From sequence record NZ_CP137560.1: a stretch of 64,000 nucleotides of DNA; one strand, given 5' to 3'. A model generated the notes under the pieces. The model was not told the origin of the DNA, ran no database searches, and was given only the letters and a program-made list of their open reading frames with translations. Below, piece after piece: positions 1 through 9,381 of the stretch (the first letter of the stretch is position 1; the number at the start of each line of letters is the position of its first letter). Made by a program: the position numbers and the translations under genes. Source of the DNA: a plasmid.

Positions 1-255
1 CAGAGACAAATTTTTGCTCTTTGGTTGGATATTGAAAAAATGCTTCATAATTTCTAAACTCTATAACTACTTTTTCCAAAGGTCACCATCCCTATACGTA
101 TGCTTAATCTCGTAATAAACCGCTACCAGAATAGCTACAATGACAATGCCTAAAGCTACTATCAGTCCCATAACTCCTACAAACAAGTTGGAATTTCAGC
201 AGAGGATAACTCCTTGACGAACTCCATAAGGTTTCTGTGTCCCTTATATAGGACA

Positions 256-828
256 TCACAGTTCTTGGTTTTTTTTTTGGTTCCTTTGCTGAAGGGTCTT
301 GGAAATCGTTTTCCCCAAATCTGTGTTTGGGAAGAATAGATAGACTTCATCAAAGTCATCGCTATCCACAACCATGTGCATGAAGTTAGAAACATGTGAC
401 ATGATGATACAGGTTGCTGCTTGAGGTAGGCGGAAGTGATTCATACCCTTGAGTTCACAAAAGGCAAGATAATCCAAGAAATCATAAAACAAGCAGCACA
501 CGTGTGTTACATTCTGCCTATGTGGACGAAGTGTTATGGTTGCCGTTGTCTTCAATGAAAAAGGGCGTTGCGTATATTCAGGATTGAAAACTTCATATCC
601 TCCAATATCATTTTTCATGCCGATTCCCTGATAGCATTTATTTACACAGAGAAACTCTACCCTTGACAGGCTCAGCGGTAATCTTGAAAAGCCCATATCC
701 TTGAGCATTTCCTTGTCTGCTTTGTTAAGCCTCACAAGTCTTATGTCATCAGTAGTGTAAATAAATGATGAAATTTTAAGGTTGTTCATTGTCATGTTTA
801 TTTTGGTTGTTATTATTTTATATTGCAT
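256..828 (-). CDS. hypothetical protein, mobile-element associated; overlaps the primase gene start by 11 nt (translational coupling)
   Basis: 190-aa ORF with no motif I recognise. It lies at the 3' end of the primase/loader/initiator gene string on the same strand. Confidence 0.35.
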   Translation of the reverse strand: MQYKIITTKINMTMNNLKISSFIYTTDDIRLVRLNKADKEMLKDMGFSRLPLSLSRVEFLCVNKCYQGIGMKNDIGGYEVFNPEYTQRPFSLKTTATITLRPHRQNVTHVCCLFYDFLDYLAFCELKGMNHFRLPQAATCIIMSHVSNFMHMVVDSDDFDEVYLFFPNTDLGKTISKTLQQRNQKKNQEL

Positions 829-1864
829 CTACCTGATGGAGCATTTCCCAGAGATTCTCAGAATTGCCTCCACCTGCAAAAAAATCACTCACGTCTTTTG
901 ACTGTTTACTACCTGGCAACAGTAAGTCTATCTTAGCTACAGGATACTTATCCTTCAATTCACGGACTCTTGAACTTGACTCTGCTTTACCAGTAGAGTC
1001 CGTGTCGTACAGGAATATTATCTTTGAGAAACGCCTGGCAAGATCATCCATGATAGATGCATGCATCTTGGCGGTCTCACTATTCAAGCATATGGCAGGA
1101 AATCCATGGGCAGCCAAAGCTAGTACATCCTTTTCGCCGCCAGTTACGATTACATATTCACCAGAAGAGGGCAGTTGCTCCTTTCCAAAGAGATAAGGCG
1201 AAGGTAGCTTTCCTGCATATAGAAAACGGTTCTCAGATCTAGGTCTATAGACCTTGAGCCCCTGACCACCATCAAAGAAATAACCATAGCAGGGAGTCAA
1301 TGCAGTGGAATAGATTCCATATTGACCTCCAGATGGGTTAGTAAACAAACAACTCTTCAAACTTCTAACATGATATTTTTGAAGAGTATCTTCGCTTATA
1401 CCATAATGTTCCCAATAGGAAAGTCCATCCTGCGAGAAAGTTTTCTCTTCCGTCGCAAAAGTAATCAAACCGTCTTTCTTGGAAGACGGAATTATACGAA
1501 TTTCATTGCAGGTGCCCTTTATGGGAAGTCTGGAGGCATCATGCTGATCACCAAATACCCCCAGGCACATATCTTGGTCGATAGCCTTCAACAGTCGAAC
1601 AAACTCCATCTGAGGATTGATGCCAAGAACCAAACCGGCCACAGCAAAGCAATTTCCTGAGAACCTGCCATCGCCAAAATCCTGCAAATAATAATAGGGC
1701 AGACCACCCGGTTTCTGATTACAGTAGAGCTTGCATGATGGACGAATATCATCCTCACGGAAAGGACTACGAAATTTTGGCTTGAGACATTCCTTACCCA
1801 GATAATGGACAAAGATATCCAAACCACCTGAAGTCTTTCTCAAGATTATCTCTTTTTCAGTCAT
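818..1864 (-). CDS. DNA primase, toprim-domain (phage/mobile-element type)
   Basis: C-terminal region VIVTGGEKDVLALAAHGFPAICLNSETA ... IIFLYDTDSTGK has the toprim acidic motifs (E...DxD). Its position with the helicase-loader and initiator genes supports the call. Confidence 0.6.
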   Translation of the reverse strand: MTEKEIILRKTSGGLDIFVHYLGKECLKPKFRSPFREDDIRPSCKLYCNQKPGGLPYYYLQDFGDGRFSGNCFAVAGLVLGINPQMEFVRLLKAIDQDMCLGVFGDQHDASRLPIKGTCNEIRIIPSSKKDGLITFATEEKTFSQDGLSYWEHYGISEDTLQKYHVRSLKSCLFTNPSGGQYGIYSTALTPCYGYFFDGGQGLKVYRPRSENRFLYAGKLPSPYLFGKEQLPSSGEYVIVTGGEKDVLALAAHGFPAICLNSETAKMHASIMDDLARRFSKIIFLYDTDSTGKAESSSRVRELKDKYPVAKIDLLLPGSKQSKDVSDFFAGGGNSENLWEMLHQVDAI

Positions 1865-2577
1865 ACTAAAACCTTGCTAAGCAATTGTGAATAATTGCGA
1901 TAGTTAGTATCAGGCATGGTCACGACCTCCATCATATGTTTCACTCTATCTGCCGCTCTATCGCCATAACGATTTCGAATAACATCCGATGGCAAGTTTG
2001 TGGTAACGATGGTAATCAGACGATTCTCATAACGAAATGCCAATAACTCTGCAAACGGGTTGCATTGCTGTCCATAGTTCAGAATCTTCTCTGGCTCCGC
2101 ACCCAAGTCGTCAATTGCCAAAAGTGCCTCTCTTTGATATCTCTGGAATTTCTTAGGCTCATTCACATAGACATTGCAAAGCTGAGTGGCAGATATGACT
2201 ACAAGACCAGCCGAAACTTGATGGGATGGGTTTGACTTGATAGGATCTTGTATATCCAATGATAAAACGAGTTTCTGAATAGCCTTGACTATTGTCGTCT
2301 TACCAGTCCCACCTAAACCACATAGCCATAACCCACACTTATAGCTATATCCCACAAGCCATCCTGAAATCATAGCCAAAGCATTCTCATGCTCAGGGCG
2401 ATGAATGTAATGAATACTGGCATCATTCACGCAATTTACATAAGCCTCCGTCAAGGCATAGTGGCAGAATGATTGGTTAAGGGGCAATCTGAAAATACCT
2501 TCTGGGGTTCGTGTTGAACGAAGGCGATTCATAATCCCAATCTGCTTAAATGTCAAATTCGTTTCTATTAATTCCAT
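1861..2577 (-). CDS. AAA+ ATPase, DnaC/IstB-like helicase loader
   Basis: Walker A GLGGTGKTT, Walker B-like LLAIDDLG, 238 aa. It overlaps the primase start by 4 nt. Confidence 0.6.
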   Translation of the reverse strand: MELIETNLTFKQIGIMNRLRSTRTPEGIFRLPLNQSFCHYALTEAYVNCVNDASIHYIHRPEHENALAMISGWLVGYSYKCGLWLCGLGGTGKTTIVKAIQKLVLSLDIQDPIKSNPSHQVSAGLVVISATQLCNVYVNEPKKFQRYQREALLAIDDLGAEPEKILNYGQQCNPFAELLAFRYENRLITIVTTNLPSDVIRNRYGDRAADRVKHMMEVVTMPDTNYRNYSQLLSKVLV

Positions 2578-2602
2578 TTGTAATTGATGTATAAAATGTT
2601 AG

Positions 2603-3910
2603 TTAGAACTGATTTGTGTATATCTTTCCTGAACTTGATGACTTTGGGGTAAACTTGGAACCATACTCCAGAGTACCAGTTCGCGCCTTCTGTTTGTTGA
2701 CCCAATCACAGAAATGACTCATATAATCTTGAAAATTTTCATGGGAATCTTTTCCTCTGCACAGTATATCAAGCTCAAAAGATTCCAGTAAATGCCTAAC
2801 CACTTCAACTGAATCCAGCCGATAACGCTTACAAATACCTGAAAGCCATCTGCTGTTTTGGATCAAACTATCGTAGTAGCTTTCTTTGCTTGGTTTCTTT
2901 GCTTGGTTTCTTTCAACCTCCACCAATCCAGGGCTTTCTTGAAAAGCATCATACGCACACATACACGCGGATGATGATATTTTATCTTTTTCTTCTTTAT
3001 ATCTTTCTATATTATGTGTCAGTTGTTCGTCTCCACTTTGTCGGAAGTTCGTCGGTCGTATGTCTGTGCTTTGTCGGTTGTTTGTCACCAGTTTGTCACC
3101 TCTAAAATTTTCAGTCTTATAACCGTATGGTACACAACTGGTTACAGGATTACACCCGCTGGTTACTTCTTGTCCAAAATCAACATTTTGGAAATAAATA
3201 TTATTTTGTTGGACAAAGTTATTTTGGATAATGTTTGTGTTTGATTCTGTATTGTTAGAACTGTCTTGATAATGGCAATAATTAGAAATAGTGATAAGGT
3301 TGGAAAGGAAAGCAGAGTTTGGAAGGATTTCAATCTCACCTGTATTCTGTAACTTTTTGAGACAAGTCTTTATGCTTTGCACAGAAATACCAGTTTCATG
3401 TTGGAGGATATTCTTGCTGAGAGCCAGCTGAGCACGCCCAAGGGGACCATTAGGCAAATCTTGTCTCTGATAAGAGGCTCTTAAAAGCAAGTGAACAAAA
3501 AGGTGAACCATTTCAGCATTGGCATACCAACTCCAATCAAGAATCTTTCTATAAAGTTTAATCCACCCCACAGCATTGCTTTCTTCATCGAACTGCTGAA
3601 AACTACCATAATCCAGCATGGTAATAATAGTACCGCGGCTGTTGGAAACAATAGTAACTTCATTTGTTTTGGACAGCTTTTGCAAGCAAGTGCGCACATT
3701 ACGTGGTGAAAGACCTGTTCTGCCTGAAATCTGAGCATGGCTTGTCACCAATTGTCCAGGCATAATGGTCAAAGTTTTGTATTCGGTCTTTTTCACATTA
3801 GCCTGGAGCAACAAATACAGATATAGGTGAACCATATTGGACTCACTATACCATCGCCACGAAGTAAAACTTCTTGGCAGTTTTAGCCATGTACCATTTG
3901 TTTGTATCAT
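2603..3910 (-). CDS. replication initiator / replisome organizer with duplicated N-terminal winged-helix domains
   Basis: Two tandem ~100-aa repeats (W..KLPR ... MVHLYLYLLLQAN.. and WIKLYRKIL..MVHLFVHLLLRAS..), each with an HTH-like segment (SVQSIKTCLKKL, NVRTCLQKL). The C-terminus has a DnaD-like F.DY..HF..WV pattern. Confidence 0.5.
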   Translation of the reverse strand: MIQTNGTWLKLPRSFTSWRWYSESNMVHLYLYLLLQANVKKTEYKTLTIMPGQLVTSHAQISGRTGLSPRNVRTCLQKLSKTNEVTIVSNSRGTIITMLDYGSFQQFDEESNAVGWIKLYRKILDWSWYANAEMVHLFVHLLLRASYQRQDLPNGPLGRAQLALSKNILQHETGISVQSIKTCLKKLQNTGEIEILPNSAFLSNLITISNYCHYQDSSNNTESNTNIIQNNFVQQNNIYFQNVDFGQEVTSGCNPVTSCVPYGYKTENFRGDKLVTNNRQSTDIRPTNFRQSGDEQLTHNIERYKEEKDKISSSACMCAYDAFQESPGLVEVERNQAKKPSKESYYDSLIQNSRWLSGICKRYRLDSVEVVRHLLESFELDILCRGKDSHENFQDYMSHFCDWVNKQKARTGTLEYGSKFTPKSSSSGKIYTNQF

Positions 3911-3953
3911 TTCATTTCATTTAAAAACACCTACTTGGTAGGTTGATAATTTA

Positions 3954-4244
3954 TTAAGTTAGTTCCTGAACAATTTTAAAGGAGAGACTATTTCTACCAC
4001 TTTTTGTAGATAAAACAAGACTATCATCCAGGACTTTAACCACTCGGATCTGTGTGAGGTTTCTGCTTCCACGATGCCATCTCACAGAGGTGTTCTCTAT
4101 AATGTTTTTAATAATGGTCAATCGCTTCTTACAAGCGTCTGTTGAGTCTTGCCAATCATATACCGTTGGAGGAATCTTATATAGCAGACACACCATCCAG
4201 GTTGGTTTAGTATCACAATGTATTGTTTTCTTTATCTTATACAT
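3954..4244 (-). CDS. hypothetical small protein, first gene of the replication-module operon
   Basis: 96-aa ORF immediately downstream of the AT-rich region, co-oriented with the initiator gene. No motif. Confidence 0.3.
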   Translation of the reverse strand: MYKIKKTIHCDTKPTWMVCLLYKIPPTVYDWQDSTDACKKRLTIIKNIIENTSVRWHRGSRNLTQIRVVKVLDDSLVLSTKSGRNSLSFKIVQELT

Positions 4245-4269
4245 TAGGAATGCAATTTATAACACCTAT

Positions 4270-5082
4270 TAGTCAAGAGCGTATATATCCCTTATGGGGA
4301 ATCATTCTGAAAATACCAATGATACTCCTTACTTAATTCTACATAAAAAGTAACTTAACTATATTTCAATCCTATGTTGATTTGACACAATATATATTTG
4401 GCCTTATTCTTCTATTTATTGCATCTATTTTCTTCTAGGTGTTGTTGTTAATACTTCTATTCTTGATATTATTATAATGTCAAACTATAAAAGTCTAAAC
4501 ATTTTTCATGTTGCAAAAATAATAAAATCCTATCATATCTATAATAAATATGTAATATATTAACATATTTTATAAACTTAAAGATACATATTTTAATAGC
4601 TTACTTACAATATGATTATTTTACATGACTTTTTAAGCCTAATTTTAACAAACTGTTACTTTAGTATATTATAACATTAGTTTATGATATAATCAGTATG
4701 CGTAGTCATAATGTCAACTATATTTGCTAATAAAGAAAAAAATACAGATAATATGACACGTATTTAAATCTTTATTCGTACCTTTGCATCGTCTTTCGAG
4801 ACATCATTTTCGTGGGAAAAAGTAAAGTGCCTCAACACTGTAAAATCGCCAAAATTTAACATTAATGCATGAGGCACGGAGCAACTCATATACGTGGGTT
4901 GTCTTTACGTTATTTGCTGCATTATGGGGTTTGGCGATTCCAACAGTGGGTATGGTAGGCAGCCCACTTTTTATTTTTAGGAATTTCAGTATTCAGAAAG
5001 GCTATAGGGAGGAAATAATTTTCAACAAAATAATATATATCCTTTATTTAATCATTTTTTTGCCAAATTATAATTTGACTAT
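4270..5082. promoter_or_regulatory. ~0.8 kb AT-rich ORF-free region between the divergent replication operon and the XRE regulator; candidate origin/control region
   Basis: Low-complexity AT-rich sequence with no credible ORF, flanked by the divergent replication module (-) and the HTH gene (+). Contains an 8-bp inverted repeat GTGCCTCA..N37..TGAGGCAC near 4829-4881. Confidence 0.35.
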
Positions 5083-5391
5083 ATGAACGGAAATGAACTA
5101 AGGAACATACTTGCAGCAAAGGGAATCATACATAAAGACCTTGCGGAGAAAATGGGCATCACACAATCTTGTTTCAGCCAATTGTTAAGAGCACAGGACA
5201 TACGAACAGGATTGCTGGAGAAGATTTGTGATATTTTGAATGTTCAAATGGATTTCTTTTATGGAGACACAAAATATCTAGCACAAAACAATCAACTCAT
5301 AAGAGAAGACATCAAGTCTCTAAGTAAACAACTGGACAAGATACAAATCCAGTGTTCTCAAATCATTTATCAAAATACTAAAGCCAGGTAA
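5083..5391 (+). CDS. XRE-family helix-turn-helix transcriptional regulator (Cro/CI-like)
   Basis: NELRNILAAKGIIHKDLAEKMGITQSCFSQL is a classic XRE HTH. 102 aa. Confidence 0.65.
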   Translation: MNGNELRNILAAKGIIHKDLAEKMGITQSCFSQLLRAQDIRTGLLEKICDILNVQMDFFYGDTKYLAQNNQLIREDIKSLSKQLDKIQIQCSQIIYQNTKAR

Positions 5392-5410
5392 AAGATATAT
5401 ATAAAGACGC

Positions 5411-5452
5411 CCTCATAGCCAAGTATATCTCAACTTTAGCATGAGGGCTTAC
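5411..5452. terminator. bidirectional hairpin terminator between the convergent HTH and rtcB genes
   Basis: GCCCTCAT..loop..ATGAGGGC 8-bp stem with flanking A/T runs. Confidence 0.4.
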
Positions 5453-5473
5453 AAAAATGTTAGACAAAGACTT

Positions 5474-6646
5474 TTATCCCTTGATGACGGCAATAGGCAG
5501 AAGATGGGTTCTTATTTTAACCAAGTCCATCTCTTGTGATAGAACCTCCTCGATGTTCTTATATGCAGAAGCAGCTTCCTCCAAATCCTGCTGGCATCTG
5601 ATGGCATGAACGATGCCTTTTTCTTCAAGCTTGTTAATCTCATCCTCAAGGTTCAATGTTCTCACGGCCTCGGTACGGCTCATGGCTCTACCTGCCCCAT
5701 GGGAACAACTCATAAAACTCAGTGGATTGCCAAGTCCCTCCACAATGTAGCTGCTGGTACCTTGTGAACCTGGTATGATTCCAATTTCACCCTCACGTGC
5801 GCTAGTTGCTCCTTTTCTATGCACTATACACATATCGTCAAAATGGGTTTCCCATGCCGCATAGTTATGGGCAATATTAATCATGGACTCAAACGTCACT
5901 TCCGGTAAGGCATCAGCAATGACTTCTTCTATACGCTCCATCATCAGTTTTCTATTGCACAGTCCAAAAGCTATGCAGTATTCCATCTCATGCCAATAAT
6001 CATTGAATTCCTGTGTCTTCAACGGAAGGAAAGGTAAATTGATCTCTGGCTTGACCACAGAGAAATATCTCTCATTGAGCACGGCAGCCTTATTGTTATA
6101 ATAGTCACCAACTTGCTTGCCTAGGTTTCTGGAACCTGAATGAATCATAATCCAAAGAAAGCCCTCGTCATCTTTCTGCAACTCTATGAAATGATTGCCT
6201 CCTCCAAGTGTACCCACCTGTTTGGTGGCTGAAACATATTGACGCTTGACCACTGTCATATTCTCAATATCAAATTCTTGAGGCATATACTTCTCGTCCT
6301 GGGCCGTCTTGTGATGTTCCATTCCAAGAGGTATCTGCTTTCTGATTCCACGCATAATTTTCTTGCGTAGAACGTCCTGTGCTATGGTCTCTACCTTAAT
6401 ATTAGTCTTAACTGCACACATGCCACATCCAATGTCCACGCCAACGGCATTTGGTATCACGGCATTCTTAGTTGCCAATACTGAGCCGATAGGCATACCT
6501 TTACCACCGTGCAAGTCTGGCATAAGCGCCAAGTGGTGATACAAAAAAGGCAAGCTACAGAGGTTCGTTATTTGCCTCCACGCCGTTGCATCACAAACAG
6601 ATGCCCACATCTTAACAGGGGTGTTATTAATCAAAAATTCTTTCAT
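5474..6646 (-). CDS. rtcB: RtcB family RNA 3'-phosphate/2',3'-cyclic phosphate ligase
   Basis: MPDLHGGKGMPIGSV, GVDIGCGM, GGGNHFIELQ and SCSHGAGR motifs, all typical of RtcB metal/GTP-binding sites. 390 aa. Confidence 0.85.
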   Translation of the reverse strand: MKEFLINNTPVKMWASVCDATAWRQITNLCSLPFLYHHLALMPDLHGGKGMPIGSVLATKNAVIPNAVGVDIGCGMCAVKTNIKVETIAQDVLRKKIMRGIRKQIPLGMEHHKTAQDEKYMPQEFDIENMTVVKRQYVSATKQVGTLGGGNHFIELQKDDEGFLWIMIHSGSRNLGKQVGDYYNNKAAVLNERYFSVVKPEINLPFLPLKTQEFNDYWHEMEYCIAFGLCNRKLMMERIEEVIADALPEVTFESMINIAHNYAAWETHFDDMCIVHRKGATSAREGEIGIIPGSQGTSSYIVEGLGNPLSFMSCSHGAGRAMSRTEAVRTLNLEDEINKLEEKGIVHAIRCQQDLEEAASAYKNIEEVLSQEMDLVKIRTHLLPIAVIKG

Positions 6647-6687
6647 TACTATAGTCTCCTATTCTTTAAAATTTGTACTGCAAAATT

Positions 6688-6781
6688 AGTCTATAAGTGC
6701 GCAGTATTTTTGCGCAGTTGGAAATAATTTCTTGCTTGGGTCAAAAAAAACTTAAGTGCGCAGATAGATTGCGCAGTTTTT
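6688..6781. promoter_or_regulatory. operator-like array of four palindromic TGCGCA hexamers (two pairs, 13-bp spacing, pairs 59 bp apart) in the rtcB promoter region
   Basis: aagTGCGCAgtattttTGCGCAgtt at 6695-6718 and aagTGCGCAgatagatTGCGCAgtt at 6754-6777, directly upstream of the rtcB start at 6646. Confidence 0.45.
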
Positions 6782-6828
6782 GTTTCTCTTTGCAGCTTAA
6801 GAACAAAAGAATAGGATTATGATATTAT

Positions 6829-6852
6829 AAGGTGGAGAATTGTCTCTCCACC
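6829..6852. terminator. hairpin terminator downstream of the 124-aa gene
   Basis: GGTGGAGAattgtcTCTCCACC, a perfect 8-bp stem. Confidence 0.45.
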
Positions 6853-6901
6853 TCTTTATGTTTATACTCAAATCCTTTATATGTTATTGCATGGATATCA
6901 A

Positions 6902-7276
6902 CTACTCTGTTGGGGAGTATGCCAATATTCCAACTTGCATCCTAGTCAGATTGTATATGTCCTCGATAACAGACCAGGAGCATTTGTCTGAACCAAACAT
7001 CTTCTGAGCTTGAATCAGTTGATGCAGTTCTTTTTGTATGTCTCGCTTACCGTAAGGAATACGAAGCACCATGTTGATGGTGCTGGCCAGTCTAGCTGAA
7101 GGATTTAGTAATGCATGCATAAAGAACACATTCAGATCACTATCACAATCATTTATAGCGAACCTATAGTTTCCTGTTTCCAAAATTTTGCAGATGTTCG
7201 TATATCCTTGTGCCCCAGCAATGATTATATCACCATCAAAGAAGAAATCCAATATATCTTTTTTCTCTTCATCCAT
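6902..7276 (-). CDS. hypothetical acidic protein (124 aa), second gene of a two-gene transcript upstream of rtcB
   Basis: ORF with no motif I recognise. Co-oriented, with a 25-nt gap to the upstream 150-aa ORF. Confidence 0.4.
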   Translation of the reverse strand: MDEEKKDILDFFFDGDIIIAGAQGYTNICKILETGNYRFAINDCDSDLNVFFMHALLNPSARLASTINMVLRIPYGKRDIQKELHQLIQAQKMFGSDKCSWSVIEDIYNLTRMQVGILAYSPTE

Positions 7277-7301
7277 ATAGTAATATTTTAAATCATCATG
7301 C

Positions 7302-7754
7302 TTAAAAAGGAATCACTATACCAGGATTGTGCGATAACAATGTTTTCTCCTGGAAGTATGAAGGATTGTATGAAATGATCCTTTTACCTCCATAATGCGT
7401 AGAGGAGAACAGAGACTTGCATCTATCTTCCCAGTTTTTGAAAGCCTTTTCCGAATATACTTTTTGTGGGTACAGTTCGTCGAGTTCTTTTTCCCGGCCT
7501 ACTTTCTCATTGAGAAATGATGGTCGTGAATTTCCTTGCTCGTCATATTTGCTCTTGGAGCACAACACGTAGGAAGAGAATGGCATTTCCCTGGATTTTT
7601 TCTCCATCCAATCAACACCCTTAATCAGACTTTCCATGTGAGCTTCCCTTATTCTAACCCATGCTCGCCTTGTTGGTTTTGCTGTTTCTTGCATGAAGTC
7701 AGAATATGCCCATTTTTTAAGTGGCCCCAGAAATAATTTAATCATTGCCGACAT
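7302..7754 (-). CDS. hypothetical basic protein (150 aa)
   Basis: ORF with K/R/E-rich composition. No TM segment, no motif. Confidence 0.4.
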   Translation of the reverse strand: MSAMIKLFLGPLKKWAYSDFMQETAKPTRRAWVRIREAHMESLIKGVDWMEKKSREMPFSSYVLCSKSKYDEQGNSRPSFLNEKVGREKELDELYPQKVYSEKAFKNWEDRCKSLFSSTHYGGKRIISYNPSYFQEKTLLSHNPGIVIPF

Positions 7755-7890
7755 TTTTGCATTTTTTTAGCTGGATTTGTACATTCTATCATATTATTTT
7801 GTATCTTTGCCAAAAGGATGGAAAGTTGCCATTCTTCTCACGCTTTTAGATATGAGAAAAATTGTTTTAGTCGTTTTATTAACCATGTGT

Positions 7891-9327
7891 ATGATGATGG
7901 AAGCAAAGATACGTAAACCTGCCGTAGCAGGACAATTTTATGCAGGCGATACCCGGGAACTTCGCCATGACTTGAAGGAGTGTTTTCTGCAATGCAAGGC
8001 TTCACCCTTGAAACCTGTGCAAGCTATCATTGTCCCACATGCCGGTTATGTCTTCTCTGGCGTAACCACAGCATCTGCTTTTGCCTGCATCCAACCAGAC
8101 GCACAATATGAACACATTTTCTTGTTGGGACCTAGTCATCATGTTTATCTTGACAAGGCTTCGGTGAATATTGAAGCGACAGAATATGCAACGCCACTTG
8201 GTAATGTCCCGGTGGATACTGCACTCTGCAAATCTCTGTTGGAACAGAGCGATGCTTTTACCTATAATAATAAGGCACACGACAGCGAGCACTGTCTGGA
8301 AGTGGAGCTTCCTTTCTTGCAGTATCACTTCAAGAAGGTAGTTCCCATCGTTCCAATCATCATTGCCACGCAAAAGTTGAGCATACTTCAAAAGATAGCC
8401 CGTGTCCTCCAGCCATATATGAACGAAAGAAATCTGTTTGTCATCAGTAGTGATTTCTCACATTATCCAGCTTATCTTGATGCCAAAAGGGTGGATGGAC
8501 TTACTAAGGATGCCATCATGACGGGCAAGGCGGAAGCATTCGTAAAAGCCATCTTGCACAACCAGGAATTGAACATCAACAGTCTTGCCACAAGTGCTTG
8601 TGGAGAAGCGGCTATTGCCACACTCCTGATGATGACAGAAAATGATGCCAACATCCATCCACATCACATCATGTACCGCAATTCGGGTGATTCGCCCTAC
8701 GGAGGAAAGGATAGGGTAGTAGGGTATCATTCATTTATCTTTACAAGAGATGAAGTAAAGCCGGTTGAATCAAGAGAAAAAGACGAGGCAAACTTTTCAC
8801 TAAGTGACGAAGACAAAAAGATGCTCAAGGAGATAGCTTACGATGCCATCAGGATGACCTTGGAGGGTAGGAGTTATCAATTTCCCAGCCATCTGTCGGA
8901 AAAACTAAAGACCCTATGTGGAGCTTTTGTATCTCTGCATAAGCACGGCAGGCTGAGAGGTTGCATCGGACATTTCGGAGAGGATATGCCACTTTATAAG
9001 ACGGTCTGCCAAATGGCGAAGGCTGCAGCCTTTGAAGACCCAAGATTTCCAGCAGTCAATATAACCGAGCTTCCAGACATCGACATAGAGATTTCCGTGC
9101 TTACCCCGATGAAGCGCATCCATTCCATCGACAAATTTCAACTGGGCAAGCAAGGCATTTACATGCGTAAGGGCAATCGTGCAGGAACCTTCTTGCCACA
9201 AGTTGCCGATGAGGTGTCTTGGACTAAGGAGGAATTTCTCGGACATTGTGCGCAAGATAAAGCTGGCATTGGCTGGGAAGGCTGGAGAACTGCCGAACTT
9301 TATACCTACGAGGCAATCATATTCTGA
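7891..9327 (+). CDS. AmmeMemoRadiSam system protein B (MEMO1-like) fused to protein A (AMMECR1 domain)
   Basis: N-terminal half PAVAGQFYAGD...IIVPHAGYVFSG is the MEMO1 family. C-terminal half GAFVSLHKHGRLRGCIGHF is the AMMECR1 signature. A TATCTTTG -7 box at 7799-7806 argues against the 7777 start. 7852 is an alternative start. Confidence 0.8.
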   Translation: MMMEAKIRKPAVAGQFYAGDTRELRHDLKECFLQCKASPLKPVQAIIVPHAGYVFSGVTTASAFACIQPDAQYEHIFLLGPSHHVYLDKASVNIEATEYATPLGNVPVDTALCKSLLEQSDAFTYNNKAHDSEHCLEVELPFLQYHFKKVVPIVPIIIATQKLSILQKIARVLQPYMNERNLFVISSDFSHYPAYLDAKRVDGLTKDAIMTGKAEAFVKAILHNQELNINSLATSACGEAAIATLLMMTENDANIHPHHIMYRNSGDSPYGGKDRVVGYHSFIFTRDEVKPVESREKDEANFSLSDEDKKMLKEIAYDAIRMTLEGRSYQFPSHLSEKLKTLCGAFVSLHKHGRLRGCIGHFGEDMPLYKTVCQMAKAAAFEDPRFPAVNITELPDIDIEISVLTPMKRIHSIDKFQLGKQGIYMRKGNRAGTFLPQVADEVSWTKEEFLGHCAQDKAGIGWEGWRTAELYTYEAIIF

Positions 9328-9381
9328 TTTTAAACATCCAAAGAATTCAAAATCGTATGATAAAACAAAAGGTTAGGAAAC

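Noticed and set aside
7777-7890. Longest-ORF start of the MEMO1/AMMECR1 gene at 7777
   Set aside because: A TATCTTTG -7 promoter box lies at 7799-7806 inside this extension. Translation more likely begins at 7852 or 7891.
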